Shown: positions 1-10,326 of the stretch, piece by piece
Layout of the letters: each line of letters begins with the position of its first letter
Numbering within the stretch: position 1 is the stretch's first letter
NCBI GenBank assembly: GCA_016176335.1
Contig: JACOXI010000003.1
Coordinates: 258,477-322,476 of the forward strand
DNA length: 64,000 nt
Origin: Candidatus Daviesbacteria bacterium
Lineage (GTDB): Bacteria; Patescibacteriota; Microgenomatia; Daviesbacterales; UBA10151
Reading direction: 5' to 3'
Translations under genes and position numbers: made by a program
The notes under the pieces: model-generated
Told to the model about the DNA's origin: nothing
Databases searched by the model: none
Seen by the model: only the letters and a program-made list of their open reading frames with translations

Positions 1-123
1 GTTGTTGTTGAAGCAGCGGGAATCCATGATATAGTTTCGAAGGCTTTAGGTACTGAAAATAAGGCATCTAATGTTTATGCAACACTTGAGGCATTGAGTA
101 GACTCAAGAAGATAAAACAATGA
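1..123 (+). CDS. rpsE: 30S ribosomal protein S5, C-terminal part (5' truncated by window)
   Basis: Frame 1 reads VVVEAAGIHDIVSKALGTENKASNVYATLEAL...*, the S5 C-terminal motif; overlaps rplO via ATGA. Confidence 0.9.
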   Translation, partial: VVVEAAGIHDIVSKALGTENKASNVYATLEALSRLKKIKQ

Positions 124-554
124 AATTACACGAACTGAATAAAGTGACAACAAAACCAAGAAAACGTATCGGGCGGGGGCTTGGATCGGGTAAGGGTAAA
201 ACCGGCGGCCGAGGAAGCAAAGGGCAAAAGGCAAGAGGAAAAATCCCGGTAGGATTTACAGGCAGTCTTCCTTTATATAGAAAATTGCCTTTAAGGCGCG
301 GAAAAGGTAATCCCAAAATATCTAGGAAAGTTAAAGTTATTAGTATTTCTGCGCTAAATGTTTTTAAATCAAAAAGTGTTGTTGGTGTTGAGGAATTAAT
401 TAAAGAAAAGATTATAAGTCCAAAAGATGCAAAGAAAGGTGTAAAAATTTTAGGCAATGGTGAAATAAATACTGCTTTGACCGTCAAACTTCCGGTAACT
501 AATTCTGCCCAAAAAAAGATAGAAAGTAAGGGCGGAAAGGTGAACAATGTCTGA
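120..554 (+). CDS. rplO: 50S ribosomal protein L15
   Basis: [24 protein letters not shown] motif; spc operon position. Confidence 0.97.
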   Translation: MKLHELNKVTTKPRKRIGRGLGSGKGKTGGRGSKGQKARGKIPVGFTGSLPLYRKLPLRRGKGNPKISRKVKVISISALNVFKSKSVVGVEELIKEKIISPKDAKKGVKILGNGEINTALTVKLPVTNSAQKKIESKGGKVNNV

Positions 555-1860
555 ATCGAAGACAAGCTTTGCCTATATCTTATCCCCCATATTTAATGCC
601 TTTAAAATTCCGGAATTGAGGCGAAAAATACTCATCACTGTTTTAATTGTTATTATTTTTAGAATAGCTGCACATATTCCGGTAGGAGGGGTAGATTTGG
701 TTGCTTTAAAGCAACTTTTTTCATCCAATCAATTCTTGGGACTTTTGGATATTTTTTCCGGCGGAACTTTGGTTAATTTTTCAATTATTTCTTTGGGATT
801 AAATCCGTATATTAATGCTTCAATCGTGATGCAACTTCTAACCATGATTATACCTTCCTTGGAGGCTTTATCAAAAGAAGGAGAAATGGGGAGACAGATG
901 ATTAATCAGTATACAAGATATCTGACAATACCTTTGGCGTTGGTACAGTCAATTGGGATGTTTGCTCTGCTTAAAAATCAAGGCATCATCACCCAAATTA
1001 CACCGGTTCAGATTGCGGCCATTGTTGTGGGGATGACTGCAGGGACTATATTTTTAATGTGGCTTGGAGAGTTGATTACGGAATATGGTATAGGAAACGG
1101 TATATCTCTTCTTATTTTTGCAGGAATTGTTTCAAGAATTCCGGTGGTATTTTCTCAAACAGCTTCTGTTTTTGATCAACTGCAGACTTTAAACGTGTTG
1201 ATTTTTGGAACCTTGGCAATTTTGGTGATTGCTGCGGTCGTATTTATAAATGAAGGAAGAAGACAAATTCAGGTGCATTACGCAAGGAGATTTGTCGGGG
1301 AACGGGAAACAGGCGGAGCCGCCAAAACGTACCTGCCGCTAAGAGTTAATCAGGCAGGAGTTATACCGATTATCTTTGCGGTTTCTTTGGTGTTAGTACC
1401 ATCATTTCTAGGATCATATCTTGCTCAACTCCCCAACCCTCAACTGTCATTTTTGGGCAGGTGGCTTGCAGCAAATTTTAATCCTTCAAGTGTTACTTAC
1501 AACTTAAGTTACTTTTTATTGGTTGTAGGATTTACCTTTTTCTACACTGCCGTTATCTTCAACCCTACCAAAGTTGCTGATGAGATTAAAAAATACGGAG
1601 GATTTATTCCCGGCATCAGGCCCGGTACTCAAACCGCAAGTTTTCTAAATTATATTATGGTAAGGATTACCTTGGCAGGAGCTATATTTTTAGGGTTGAT
1701 CGCCATCCTGCCTTCTGTTGCATCGGTACTCACAGGTATTACTACCCTTATTATAGGGGGAACCGGACTTTTGATTGTTGTTTCAGTAATTATGGATACA
1801 GCAAAACAATTCGAGTCAAAACTTATTGAAAGAAGTTATGAGGTATTTGCAAAAAGGTAA
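547..1860 (+). CDS. secY: Preprotein translocase SecY
   Basis: [43 protein letters not shown] motifs; multi-pass membrane protein. Confidence 0.98.
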   Translation: MSESKTSFAYILSPIFNAFKIPELRRKILITVLIVIIFRIAAHIPVGGVDLVALKQLFSSNQFLGLLDIFSGGTLVNFSIISLGLNPYINASIVMQLLTMIIPSLEALSKEGEMGRQMINQYTRYLTIPLALVQSIGMFALLKNQGIITQITPVQIAAIVVGMTAGTIFLMWLGELITEYGIGNGISLLIFAGIVSRIPVVFSQTASVFDQLQTLNVLIFGTLAILVIAAVVFINEGRRQIQVHYARRFVGERETGGAAKTYLPLRVNQAGVIPIIFAVSLVLVPSFLGSYLAQLPNPQLSFLGRWLAANFNPSSVTYNLSYFLLVVGFTFFYTAVIFNPTKVADEIKKYGGFIPGIRPGTQTASFLNYIMVRITLAGAIFLGLIAILPSVASVLTGITTLIIGGTGLLIVVSVIMDTAKQFESKLIERSYEVFAKR

Positions 1861-1862
1861 TT

Positions 1863-2393
1863 ATGAAAAGAATACTTTTAATTGGGGCACAAGGTTCAGG
1901 TAAATCTACCCAGGCAAAACTTTTGTCGGAATTTTTAGGAGTACCTGTTGTCAGCACCGGAGAAGTATTCAGAAATCTTGCTGCATCTGAAAGCGATGAA
2001 GGCAAAATGATTAAGGCGATTTTAGATGCGGGAAAATTAGTTGACGACAAAATCACCTCGGAAATTGTCAAAAAAAGGCTTGATGAGGATGATTGTCAGA
2101 ACGGTTTTATAATGGATGGTTATCCAAGAAACTTGGAGCAAGTGAATTATTTTGATCCGCAGTTTGACAAGGTTTTTTATTTAAATGTGTCGGATGAAGA
2201 GATTATAAAAAGGTTAAGCGTAAGAGGGAGGGAGGATGATACGCCGGAGCTTATTAAGACCAGGTTGGATATTTATAGCGAGGTTACGGTACCTCTGCTA
2301 AAACACTATCAGAAGCAAGGGGTTTTGGTTGAAATTGATGGTATGGGTCAGGTAGAGAAAATCCACCAAGATTTAAGAAGTAATTTTCTGTAA
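1863..2393 (+). CDS. adk: Adenylate kinase (short-LID type)
   Basis: GAQGSGKST P-loop, GFIMDGYPR, RGREDD. Confidence 0.95.
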   Translation: MKRILLIGAQGSGKSTQAKLLSEFLGVPVVSTGEVFRNLAASESDEGKMIKAILDAGKLVDDKITSEIVKKRLDEDDCQNGFIMDGYPRNLEQVNYFDPQFDKVFYLNVSDEEIIKRLSVRGREDDTPELIKTRLDIYSEVTVPLLKHYQKQGVLVEIDGMGQVEKIHQDLRSNFL

Positions 2394-3145
2394 TGGTCAA
2401 GTTAAGAAATCAGTATGAATTAAAGTTGATGAGGGACAGTGGAAAGATTGCAGCAGCTGCTTTAAAAAGAGCAATTGAGGGGGTAAAGGTGGGAGTAAGA
2501 GAAATAGATGTAGATAAAGTTGCAGAAAAAACAATTTATAAATTAGGAGGGGATTTGTCCTATAAAACAGTTCCCAATTATCCTTTTGCAACCTGCATTA
2601 CGGTTAATGATCGGGTGGTACACGGTTTGCCTACAGAAAGGCAATTTGTCAAAGAAGATATCGTCAGTATTGATTTGGCAGTCAAATTCAAAGGTTGGCA
2701 TACTGATTGTGCATGGTCGGTACTTTTGGGGAAAGATCCTAAAAAACAAGTGTTCTTAAAAGTTGGGGAAAAGGCTTTGTGGGATGGTATTGAAAAAGCA
2801 GTTGATGGAAATACAGTGGGAGATATATCGAATGCTATTCAAAGTAGAGTCGAGAGAGCTGGCTTAAGCGTGGTAAGAAGTTTGGTAGGTCATGGGATTG
2901 GAAAAAATCTACATGAGGATCCTGAAATACCCGGGTACGGACCAAAAGGAGCTGGGATAAGGCTTAAATCGGGAATGACCTTGGCAATAGAGGTTATTTA
3001 CACAAATGGAAAGGGAGATGTGGTGTTGGATGAGGATGGTTGGACATTCAAGACAGCGGATGGTTCTTTGGGAGGGCTTTTTGAAATGACAGTAATCGTT
3101 GGAAAAAAAGAGGCTGAAGTTTTAACTGATTGGCGGAAAGTTTAA
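2393..3145 (+). CDS. map: Methionine aminopeptidase type I
   Basis: VVHGLP, SIDL, GHGIG..LHEDP, TLAIE motifs. Confidence 0.96.
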   Translation: MVKLRNQYELKLMRDSGKIAAAALKRAIEGVKVGVREIDVDKVAEKTIYKLGGDLSYKTVPNYPFATCITVNDRVVHGLPTERQFVKEDIVSIDLAVKFKGWHTDCAWSVLLGKDPKKQVFLKVGEKALWDGIEKAVDGNTVGDISNAIQSRVERAGLSVVRSLVGHGIGKNLHEDPEIPGYGPKGAGIRLKSGMTLAIEVIYTNGKGDVVLDEDGWTFKTADGSLGGLFEMTVIVGKKEAEVLTDWRKV

Positions 3146-3211
3146 TAGAAATTACTATTATGGGTTGTATTACGAGGTTAGTTCTGATAAAATACTTTGA
3201 GCCTGAAAATA

Positions 3212-3451
3212 ATGAAAGATACGCTTGAAGTAGAAGGTAAAATTTTGGAAGTTTTACCGAATACTTTGTTCAGAGTAGAAATTGATAAAAGTACTGACCT
3301 GCCTGAACTTATGGGGAGGGTAATTTTGTGTCATATTTCTGGAAAAATGAGGATGCACTATATCAGGCTTTTGGAAGGAGATCGGGTTAGGATACAGATG
3401 AGTCCGAAGTATGATCTTGACAAAGGAAGGATTACATTTAGATTAAAATGA
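3212..3451 (+). CDS. infA: Translation initiation factor IF-1
   Basis: [10 protein letters not shown]...[18 protein letters not shown]; ATG at 3212 preferred over TTG at 3197. Confidence 0.95.
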   Translation: MKDTLEVEGKILEVLPNTLFRVEIDKSTDLPELMGRVILCHISGKMRMHYIRLLEGDRVRIQMSPKYDLDKGRITFRLK

Positions 3452-3564
3452 AAGTACAAGCAAGTATTAAAACAAGATGTAAATTTTGTAAAGTAGTTAA
3501 AAGGGAGGGCATTTTGTATGTCATCTGCCCACGTGACCCAAGACATAAGCAAAGACAAGGGTAA
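3448..3564 (+). CDS. rpmJ: 50S ribosomal protein L36 (not in ORF track)
   Basis: Hand translation [38 protein letters not shown]. Confidence 0.97.
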   Translation: MKVQASIKTRCKFCKVVKREGILYVICPRDPRHKQRQG

Positions 3565-3572
3565 AATAAATT

Positions 3573-3977
3573 ATGGCAAGAATTGCAGGAGTTGATTTAC
3601 CGGAAAATAAAAGAGTGGATATAGGACTTACCTATCTTTATGGGATAGGTCGTTCCAATGTGAGATTGGTTTTAAATGAAACGCGGGTTGATCCTAAAAA
3701 GAAAATTTTGGATTTAACAGAGGGTGAAATTAACAAGATTCAAAAGGCTTTAGAGCAGTTTACAGTGGAGGGAGATTTGCATCAGGAAGTTAACCAAAAT
3801 ATTAAAAGATTGGAAGAGATTGGAAGTTATAGAGGATTGCGACACAGGAAGAATTTGCCAGTGAGAGGACAAAGAACAAGATCTAATGCAAGGACAAAAA
3901 GAGGTAAAAGAAAGACCATTGGCGCAATGAAAAAAATTGATCGAGCAAAGGTGGAAGGACCAAAGACAGATGCCTAA
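3573..3977 (+). CDS. rpsM: 30S ribosomal protein S13
   Basis: MARIAGVDLP...YRGLRHRKNLPVRGQRTRSNART. Confidence 0.98.
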   Translation: MARIAGVDLPENKRVDIGLTYLYGIGRSNVRLVLNETRVDPKKKILDLTEGEINKIQKALEQFTVEGDLHQEVNQNIKRLEEIGSYRGLRHRKNLPVRGQRTRSNARTKRGKRKTIGAMKKIDRAKVEGPKTDA

Positions 3978-4362
3978 GAAAATCAAAAAAATTAAAAAAC
4001 AAAAAATAGAGAGAAAGTATAGTAGCGGTAGAGTGTATGTGACAGCTACATTTAACAACACCATAGTTACTTTAACTGATAGTTTGGGAAATACCCTAGC
4101 TTGGGGGACATCCGGCGGAGCTGGATTTAAGGGTGCAAGAAAAGCAACCCCATATGCTGCAATTTCCGCAATGGAAGCGGTTGCTCAAAAAGGCAAAGGT
4201 ATGGGTATATCTTCTGTTGAACTGTATATCAAAGGACCAGGTCCAGGGAGAGATGCCACGATCAAAGCTATCAGAGGTGCCGGGATTAACATCACTATGA
4301 TTGCCGATGTAACACCTATTCCGCACAACGGCCCCAGAGCAAAAAAAAGGAGGAGGGTTTAA
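3970..4362 (+). CDS. rpsK: 30S ribosomal protein S11
   Basis: ATFNNTIVT, GFKGARKATPYAA, DVTPIPHNG; start ATG at 3970. Confidence 0.97.
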   Translation: MPKKIKKIKKQKIERKYSSGRVYVTATFNNTIVTLTDSLGNTLAWGTSGGAGFKGARKATPYAAISAMEAVAQKGKGMGISSVELYIKGPGPGRDATIKAIRGAGINITMIADVTPIPHNGPRAKKRRRV

Positions 4363-4365
4363 TCT

Positions 4366-4968
4366 ATGGCAAGATATACGGGCCCCAAAAGGAGATTATC
4401 AAGACGAGAAGGTTTGGCATTGTTTGCAAAGGATGCTAAGTCTTTGGAGCGGAAAGGTGCAGTGCCTCCAGGTCAGCATGGTGCCAAAAGAAGAAGGAGA
4501 ATCTCCGAATATGGTATACAACTTAGAGAAAAACAGAAAGCAAAAAGAATTTATGGCATTTTAGAAAGACAATTTAAAAAATATGTTTTGGAGGCAAATA
4601 AAATTAAGGGTGCAACCGGTCTGTCACTCCTGCAGATTTTAGAAACAAGGTTGGATAACGTAGTTTATAAGTTAGGTCTTTCTAAAAGCAGAGCCGGAGC
4701 AAGACAATTGGTTTCTCATGGTCATATTCAGGTAGATGGTCAAAAAACGGCCATCCCTTCATATAAGGTAAGGACGGGTCAGACTATTGCATTATCCGCC
4801 AAATTATCGGATAATACACAAGTTAAAAAGAGTCTTGAAGGATTAGAAACCTTGCCAGAGTGGCTTGAAAGACAGGCTACAGTAGGCAAGGTTTTAAGAA
4901 AACCTGAGAGGGATGAGATGGAACAGTCAATTGATGAACAACTGATTGTTGAGTATTATTCAAGGTAA
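4366..4968 (+). CDS. rpsD: 30S ribosomal protein S4
   Basis: MARYTGP, PPGQHG, LETRLDNVVY, ARQLVSHGH. Confidence 0.98.
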   Translation: MARYTGPKRRLSRREGLALFAKDAKSLERKGAVPPGQHGAKRRRRISEYGIQLREKQKAKRIYGILERQFKKYVLEANKIKGATGLSLLQILETRLDNVVYKLGLSKSRAGARQLVSHGHIQVDGQKTAIPSYKVRTGQTIALSAKLSDNTQVKKSLEGLETLPEWLERQATVGKVLRKPERDEMEQSIDEQLIVEYYSR

Positions 4969-4980
4969 TATTAAAAAAAA

Positions 4981-5892
4981 ATGGTTAAATTTCACATAAA
5001 AACAGAAAAAGAAGTAGAAAATTTTGCAAAAATTGTTATTGAACCGTTGGAGGTTGGGTTTGGCCATACTTTGGGTAACAGCCTAAGACGAGTTCTCTTA
5101 ACATCATTGGGCGGTTCGGCTGTAACATCAGTTAAGATAGACGGAGTTTCACATCAATTCTCAACAATAGAGGGAGTGTTGGAAGATGTTATCGAAATAA
5201 TTTTGAATGTTAAAAAAATCCGCCTTCAGGTGGATTCAGAAGATCCGGTTAGATTGTTAATTAAAACATCAGGGAAAAAAGAGATTAAAGCCGGAGATTT
5301 TGAAGTTGCGGGAGCCGCACAGGTAGTGAATCCCGATCAACATATAGCAACTCTGACGGATACAAAATCCAAACTAAATATGGAGATGATTGCAGAAATT
5401 GGAAAAGGGTATTCTTTGGCAGAAGAGCGGAAAAGCAATGAAATAGGAATTATCGCAGTAGATGCATTATTCACCCCTGTTGTAGCAGTAAATTACAATG
5501 TTGAGCCGACAAGGGTTGGAAGAAGAACGGATTTTGACAAATTGGTTTTAGAGGTGACAACAGACGGATCTATTACTCCACAAGATTGCTTAAATGAGGC
5601 TGCAAAAATTTTATCAGATACTTTTAAAAAAATCTATGAGCCGGATATAGAAGAAAAAGTTGAAGAGACAAGTCTCGCAATTTCTGAAGAAGTGTTAAAA
5701 ATGACAATAGAAGAGTTGGATCTTCCTGTGAGAATAACCAATGCTCTAAAAGCTATAGAGATAAATATCTTAGAGGATTTGATAAATATTCCTAAAGCGC
5801 AACTTTTAAAAGCCAAAAATTTGGGTACCAAATCAATTAGTTTAATTTCTGATAAATTAGTTGAGAGGGGGTTGTCTTTGCGTGAGGCATAA
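4981..5892 (+). CDS. rpoA: RNA polymerase alpha subunit
   Basis: EPLEVGFGHTLGNSLRRVLL; C-terminal IEELDLPVRITNAL. Confidence 0.98.
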   Translation: MVKFHIKTEKEVENFAKIVIEPLEVGFGHTLGNSLRRVLLTSLGGSAVTSVKIDGVSHQFSTIEGVLEDVIEIILNVKKIRLQVDSEDPVRLLIKTSGKKEIKAGDFEVAGAAQVVNPDQHIATLTDTKSKLNMEMIAEIGKGYSLAEERKSNEIGIIAVDALFTPVVAVNYNVEPTRVGRRTDFDKLVLEVTTDGSITPQDCLNEAAKILSDTFKKIYEPDIEEKVEETSLAISEEVLKMTIEELDLPVRITNALKAIEINILEDLINIPKAQLLKAKNLGTKSISLISDKLVERGLSLREA

Positions 5893-6409
5893 TGTATATG
5901 GTAAAAAATTGGGAAGAAATAAAAACGAAAGAACTGCACTTTTTAAAAGTTTAGTGCGCAGTCTTTTTAGTTATGGAACTATTGAGACTTCCGAATCTAA
6001 AGCCAAGGCTGTAAAAGGGTTAGTTGATAAAATTATCAACCTGGCTAAAAACAAAAGCACCCAGCATTTATTGCAATCATATTTAGTAAACAGAGATTTA
6101 CAACAAAGATTAATTAAAGAAATTGCTCCAAAACTTTCTGATAGGATTTCCGGGTATACTACCATGTTGAGAATCGGTACAAGAGCAGGTGACAGATCAA
6201 CAATGGTAAGAGTGAGTCTGATACATAACGAGCAGTTAAAGCCAATAGAGAAAAAAGAATTAAGAATTAAGAATCGAGAATCAAGCGAAAAGATAGTAAG
6301 GACTGAAGTAAAAAAAACTGTTTCCGAGAAGAAAGGTAGAACTGGACAATCTGTTAGAAAAACTCACGTCACAAAGAAGAGGACTTCAAGATTGTCCAAA
6401 ACAAAATGA
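5882..6409 (+). CDS. rplQ: 50S ribosomal protein L17 with basic C-terminal extension
   Basis: GTG start gives MRHNVYGKKLGR; IETSESKAK, SGYT, RAGD motifs. Confidence 0.95.
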   Translation: MRHNVYGKKLGRNKNERTALFKSLVRSLFSYGTIETSESKAKAVKGLVDKIINLAKNKSTQHLLQSYLVNRDLQQRLIKEIAPKLSDRISGYTTMLRIGTRAGDRSTMVRVSLIHNEQLKPIEKKELRIKNRESSEKIVRTEVKKTVSEKKGRTGQSVRKTHVTKKRTSRLSKTK

Positions 6410-6831
6410 GCACCAGTTCATTATCAGCAAAAAATATACAGAGGAAGTGGCATTTGATAGATGCCAAGGATCAGGTATTGGGAAGGCTGGCTTCTGATGT
6501 TGCAAAAATTTTAATGGGTAAGAATAAACCGATCTTTGTTCCATATTTGGATACGGGTGATTTTGTGGTTGTAACAAATGCTTCACAAGTTAAGGTATCA
6601 GGTAAAAAATCCCAAACCAAAAGATACGTCGGACATTCCGGTTACCCTGGTGGTTTGAGGGTTGAGATATTTGATAAGATGATAAAAAGAAAACCGGAAT
6701 ATGTTATAGAGCATGCAGTTTTGGGAATGCTCCCCAGGAATAAATTAGGTAAACAGATGATAAAAAAATTAAAAGTTTTTGCCGGGGAAGAACACCCATA
6801 CAAACTACGAATAGAGGGAGGATCAAAATAA
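6406..6831 (+). CDS. rplM: 50S ribosomal protein L13
   Basis: WHLIDA..VLGRLAS, DTGDFVVVTNA, HSGYPGG. Confidence 0.98.
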   Translation: MSTSSLSAKNIQRKWHLIDAKDQVLGRLASDVAKILMGKNKPIFVPYLDTGDFVVVTNASQVKVSGKKSQTKRYVGHSGYPGGLRVEIFDKMIKRKPEYVIEHAVLGMLPRNKLGKQMIKKLKVFAGEEHPYKLRIEGGSK

Positions 6832-7247
6832 TGGAAGAAATAGTAAAAGGGAAGGAAAGTAAATTTATTTCATCAGTTGGGAGAAGAAAAGAGGCTGTTG
6901 CCAGAGTTAGATTAATGGAGGGTAATGGTCAAGTTACAGTTAATGGGAAACCTATTGTTGCATATTTTTCAGGTGCGGTTTTCCAAAGACTTTACTCAAA
7001 ACCTTTTGAGATTACAAAAACGCTTGGTAAATACGCAATTTCAGTAAAAGTTGGGGGTGGAGGTAGAGTCTCACAATTAGGAGCTGTTATACACGGGATT
7101 GCAAGGGTTCTTTCCAAAGCGAACCCGCAATTTCGTGTAACATTAAAAAGAGAAGGTTTGTTAACACGCGATGCAAGGGTAAAAGAGAGAAGAAAGTTCG
7201 GTTTAGCTCACAAAGCAAGGGCTAAAAAACAGTCTCCCAAACGATAG
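6831..7247 (+). CDS. rpsI: 30S ribosomal protein S9
   Basis: GRRKEAVARV, GGGRVSQ, LTRDARVKERRK...SPKR. Confidence 0.98.
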   Translation: MEEIVKGKESKFISSVGRRKEAVARVRLMEGNGQVTVNGKPIVAYFSGAVFQRLYSKPFEITKTLGKYAISVKVGGGGRVSQLGAVIHGIARVLSKANPQFRVTLKREGLLTRDARVKERRKFGLAHKARAKKQSPKR

Positions 7248-7373
7248 TTTTTTAGACCGAAGTCCTGGAAGCAGTCACCAAAGAGATAATTTCCTGCCCA
7301 AATTTCTACATGTAATTATTGTAAGGGTTTGTTAAAATACTTTAAGAGTTTAATATAGTAAATAAACAAACTT

Positions 7374-8768
7374 ATGCCGCTTCTTAAAAAAACCATGTTT
7401 CGTGAATATGATCTGCGGGGCCGGGAAGCAGACGACGAGCTTAACGATACTTCAATGTACTATATTGGTCGCGGTTTCGGGGCATATCTTCACAAGCGTA
7501 GCATTAATGAAGCAGTGGTTGGTCATGATGCCAGGGGTACTTCCGAAAGTTTTCACCAAAGTGTCATAAAAGGATTAACTGAAAGTGGTATTAATGTAAT
7601 TGATACCGGGATAATTACCACCCCGATGGGTTACTGGTCTCAATATCATTTAAAAGTTAAGGGGCTGGTTACTGTTACAGCTTCTCATAATCCAGCCGGA
7701 TGGAACGGAGTAAAGCTTGGATCAGATCTGTCATATACACTTCTGACTGATGAATTACAGGAAGTTTATAATATCATTGCAAAAGAGGAATTTGTTGATG
7801 GAAAAGGAACAATTAAAAAAGCAGAGATATTCAAACCCTACAAAGAAGACTTAACTGCAAAGGTTAACATTGTAAAGAAATTCAAAGTTTTAGTAAATAC
7901 CGGCAATGGAACTGCTGGATTATATGTACCGGAAATCTTGAAAGCTGCAGGATGTGAAGTGGTTGACCACTTTACGAATGTGGACCCGACTTATCCAAAT
8001 TACACTCCAAATCCTGATGGAACTGCCATGATGGAAGATACTGCCAAACAAACTATAAAAAATAAATGTGATTTAGGATTTGCTTTTGATGGCGACGGCG
8101 ACAGGTTGGGGTTGGTTGATGAAAAGGGAAATGTGATCTGGCCAGACAGGTATATGATTTTGCTTTCCCGCCTTATTTTATCTAAACGACCTGGGGCCAA
8201 AATTATTTTTGATGTTAAGGTTTCAGAAGCTTTGCCAGAAGATATTAAAGCTCATGGTGGAGTTCCTATTATGTGGAAGACTGGGCATTCTCATATTAAA
8301 GCCAAGATGCATGAGGAAAAAGCAGCTCTGGCAGGAGAAATGAGTGGGCATATTTTCTTTTCAGATGGCTATTATGGTTTTGATGACAGTATGATTGCCG
8401 CCTTAAAACTTTTGGAATATTTAGCTACTCAAAACAAACCATTATCAGAAATTATTGATGATACTCCTTACTACATATCTACCCCGACCATTCAAGTCAA
8501 AACCACTGATGAAGATAAATACGATATAGTGGAGGAGTTAACTGCAGAATTTAAAGCTGAAGGGTATACAGTGATAGATATTAATGGAGCTAGAGTTTAT
8601 ACAGATAAAGGTTGGGGACTGGTGAGGGCTTCTTCCAATACACCAACACTAGTTTTAAGATTTGAAGCTAAAGACGAAAAAGAACTAGAGAGATTAAAAA
8701 AAATGATGAAAGAAAAATTGGATAAATTTGAAAAAGTTAGTAAAGATTGGGATACGAGCGGACACTAA
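7374..8768 (+). CDS. Phosphomannomutase/phosphoglucomutase
   Basis: FREYDLRG, TASHNP, FDGDGDR, GEMSGH, RASSNTP motifs. Confidence 0.95.
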   Translation: MPLLKKTMFREYDLRGREADDELNDTSMYYIGRGFGAYLHKRSINEAVVGHDARGTSESFHQSVIKGLTESGINVIDTGIITTPMGYWSQYHLKVKGLVTVTASHNPAGWNGVKLGSDLSYTLLTDELQEVYNIIAKEEFVDGKGTIKKAEIFKPYKEDLTAKVNIVKKFKVLVNTGNGTAGLYVPEILKAAGCEVVDHFTNVDPTYPNYTPNPDGTAMMEDTAKQTIKNKCDLGFAFDGDGDRLGLVDEKGNVIWPDRYMILLSRLILSKRPGAKIIFDVKVSEALPEDIKAHGGVPIMWKTGHSHIKAKMHEEKAALAGEMSGHIFFSDGYYGFDDSMIAALKLLEYLATQNKPLSEIIDDTPYYISTPTIQVKTTDEDKYDIVEELTAEFKAEGYTVIDINGARVYTDKGWGLVRASSNTPTLVLRFEAKDEKELERLKKMMKEKLDKFEKVSKDWDTSGH

Positions 8769-8817
8769 CAATTAATTTTCCACTTGCCAAAATAGGTAAT
8801 TTGTGGTTTAATAATAA

Positions 8818-8905
8818 TGCATCAAGAGTGCCGCCTAAAAGGCGAGCCGGCAACCGAAAAGTTAACGGTGCCAAAGATGATGTGCCCTGCTACATAAGCG
8901 AGGAA
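8818..8905 (+). ncRNA. SAM riboswitch (SAM-I/IV variant, lacking P4)
   Basis: Core ATCAAGAG...GGCAACCG...CGGTGCCAAAGATG directly upstream of metK. Confidence 0.85.
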
Positions 8906-8912
8906 AACTTAA

Positions 8913-8936
8913 TCCTCTCTTATGAGAGGTTTTTTT
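8913..8936 (+). terminator. Intrinsic terminator of the SAM riboswitch expression platform
   Basis: CCTCTC-TTAT-GAGAGG followed by T7. Confidence 0.85.
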
Positions 8937-8944
8937 AAAAAAAT

Positions 8945-10057
8945 ATGGCAAAAAACAGTACTACTACTTTTACATCAGAATCTGTTTGTGCTGGTCATCC
9001 GGATAAAATTTGTGACCAAATTTCCGATGCCATTTTGGATGAAGTATTAAAACAAGATTCGCATGGTCGAACAGCGATTGAATGTTTGGCCGCCAGTAAT
9101 AGATTAATTATTGCAGGAGAAGTGGGCGCTCGGGCAAAAGTAGATTTTAAAAAAATCGCCCGAGAACAAATAAAAAGACTTGGTTACACAAATAGCAAAT
9201 TTAATTTTTCGGACAAGTCTCCAATAGATGTATACGTACACGAACAATCTCTGGAAATTTCGGTGGGAGTGAAACGTAAAGGTGCCGGGGATCAGGGAAT
9301 GATGTTTGGTTTTGCTTGTAAAGAAACAGCTGTGTTAATGCCTTTGCCGATTATGATTGCACATGTACTAACCAGAAAAATGGATCAGGTTCGGGAAGAA
9401 AATATAGTTGATTATCTTCGCCCGGATGGTAAATCTCAAGTAACGATAGAATATAAAAATGGCAAGCCTGTAAAAATTATACAAGTTGTTATAGCAATAC
9501 CACACAAAGAATCCGTAGCACTAGATTACGTCAAAGATGATGTTTACAGAGTAATAGTGACACCGGTATTGGAAACCTTTGGATTTAAAATGAAAAAGGA
9601 CAAGCTGATTGTGAACGGTACAGGTATTTGGCATAACGGCGGCCCTGCATCAGATTGCGGTTTAACCGGTAGAAAAATTGTGGTTGACACATATGGAGGT
9701 TATGCCAGAGTTGGTGGAGGTTGTTTTTCCGGTAAAGAACCCTCAAAGGTAGATAGGGGTGGTGCATATGCGGCAAGATTCTTGGCCAAAAATGTGGTGG
9801 CACATGGTTTGGCGGAAAAGGCGGAGGTCAGACTGGCTTATTTTATTGGGGCTAAAAAGCCTACCATGGAGGATATAGAAACTTTTGGGACTGCAAAAAA
9901 GTCTCACAAAGTAATCCTTTCTTTTATGAATAAAATTTTAGATACATCTGTTGAAGGAATTTTAAAAGGATTGGATTTGCAAAGACCAATTTATTTACCA
10001 ACTGCCGCGTACGGTCACTTCGGCCGTGAAGAATTCCCCTGGGAAAAAGTAGTCTAA
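8945..10057 (+). CDS. metK: S-adenosylmethionine synthetase
   Basis: SESVCAGHPDKICDQISDA, GAGDQG, RPDGKSQVT, GLTGRKI. Confidence 0.98.
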   Translation: MAKNSTTTFTSESVCAGHPDKICDQISDAILDEVLKQDSHGRTAIECLAASNRLIIAGEVGARAKVDFKKIAREQIKRLGYTNSKFNFSDKSPIDVYVHEQSLEISVGVKRKGAGDQGMMFGFACKETAVLMPLPIMIAHVLTRKMDQVREENIVDYLRPDGKSQVTIEYKNGKPVKIIQVVIAIPHKESVALDYVKDDVYRVIVTPVLETFGFKMKKDKLIVNGTGIWHNGGPASDCGLTGRKIVVDTYGGYARVGGGCFSGKEPSKVDRGGAYAARFLAKNVVAHGLAEKAEVRLAYFIGAKKPTMEDIETFGTAKKSHKVILSFMNKILDTSVEGILKGLDLQRPIYLPTAAYGHFGREEFPWEKVV

Positions 10058-10323
10058 TATATTTCAAATTGTAAAAAGTTTTTAAGTTTATCTTCAGTTA
10101 TTTCTACTTTTTCTACTTCTGCCATGGATGGGCCAATATAGCACCATTTAACAAATTTATCTAACTTTTCTTCTTCTCCTTCAGCTTCTATGTAAACTGA
10201 TCCATCAGGAATATTTTTGGCAAATCCAACAATACCCAACAAATCTGCTTGCTCTTTTGCTGTTGCTCTGAAAAATATTCCTTGAACTCTGCCGAAAACT
10301 TTAATATTTAAATGTTTTCTCAT
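10054..10323 (-). CDS. acyP: Acylphosphatase
   Basis: GRVQGIFFR, GFAKNIPDGSV, GPSMAEV. Confidence 0.93.
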   Translation of the reverse strand: MRKHLNIKVFGRVQGIFFRATAKEQADLLGIVGFAKNIPDGSVYIEAEGEEEKLDKFVKWCYIGPSMAEVEKVEITEDKLKNFLQFEIY

Positions 10324-10326
10324 AAT

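Noticed and set aside
8747-8938. 63-aa ORF upstream of metK
   Set aside because: Overlaps the SAM riboswitch and its terminator; no protein features.
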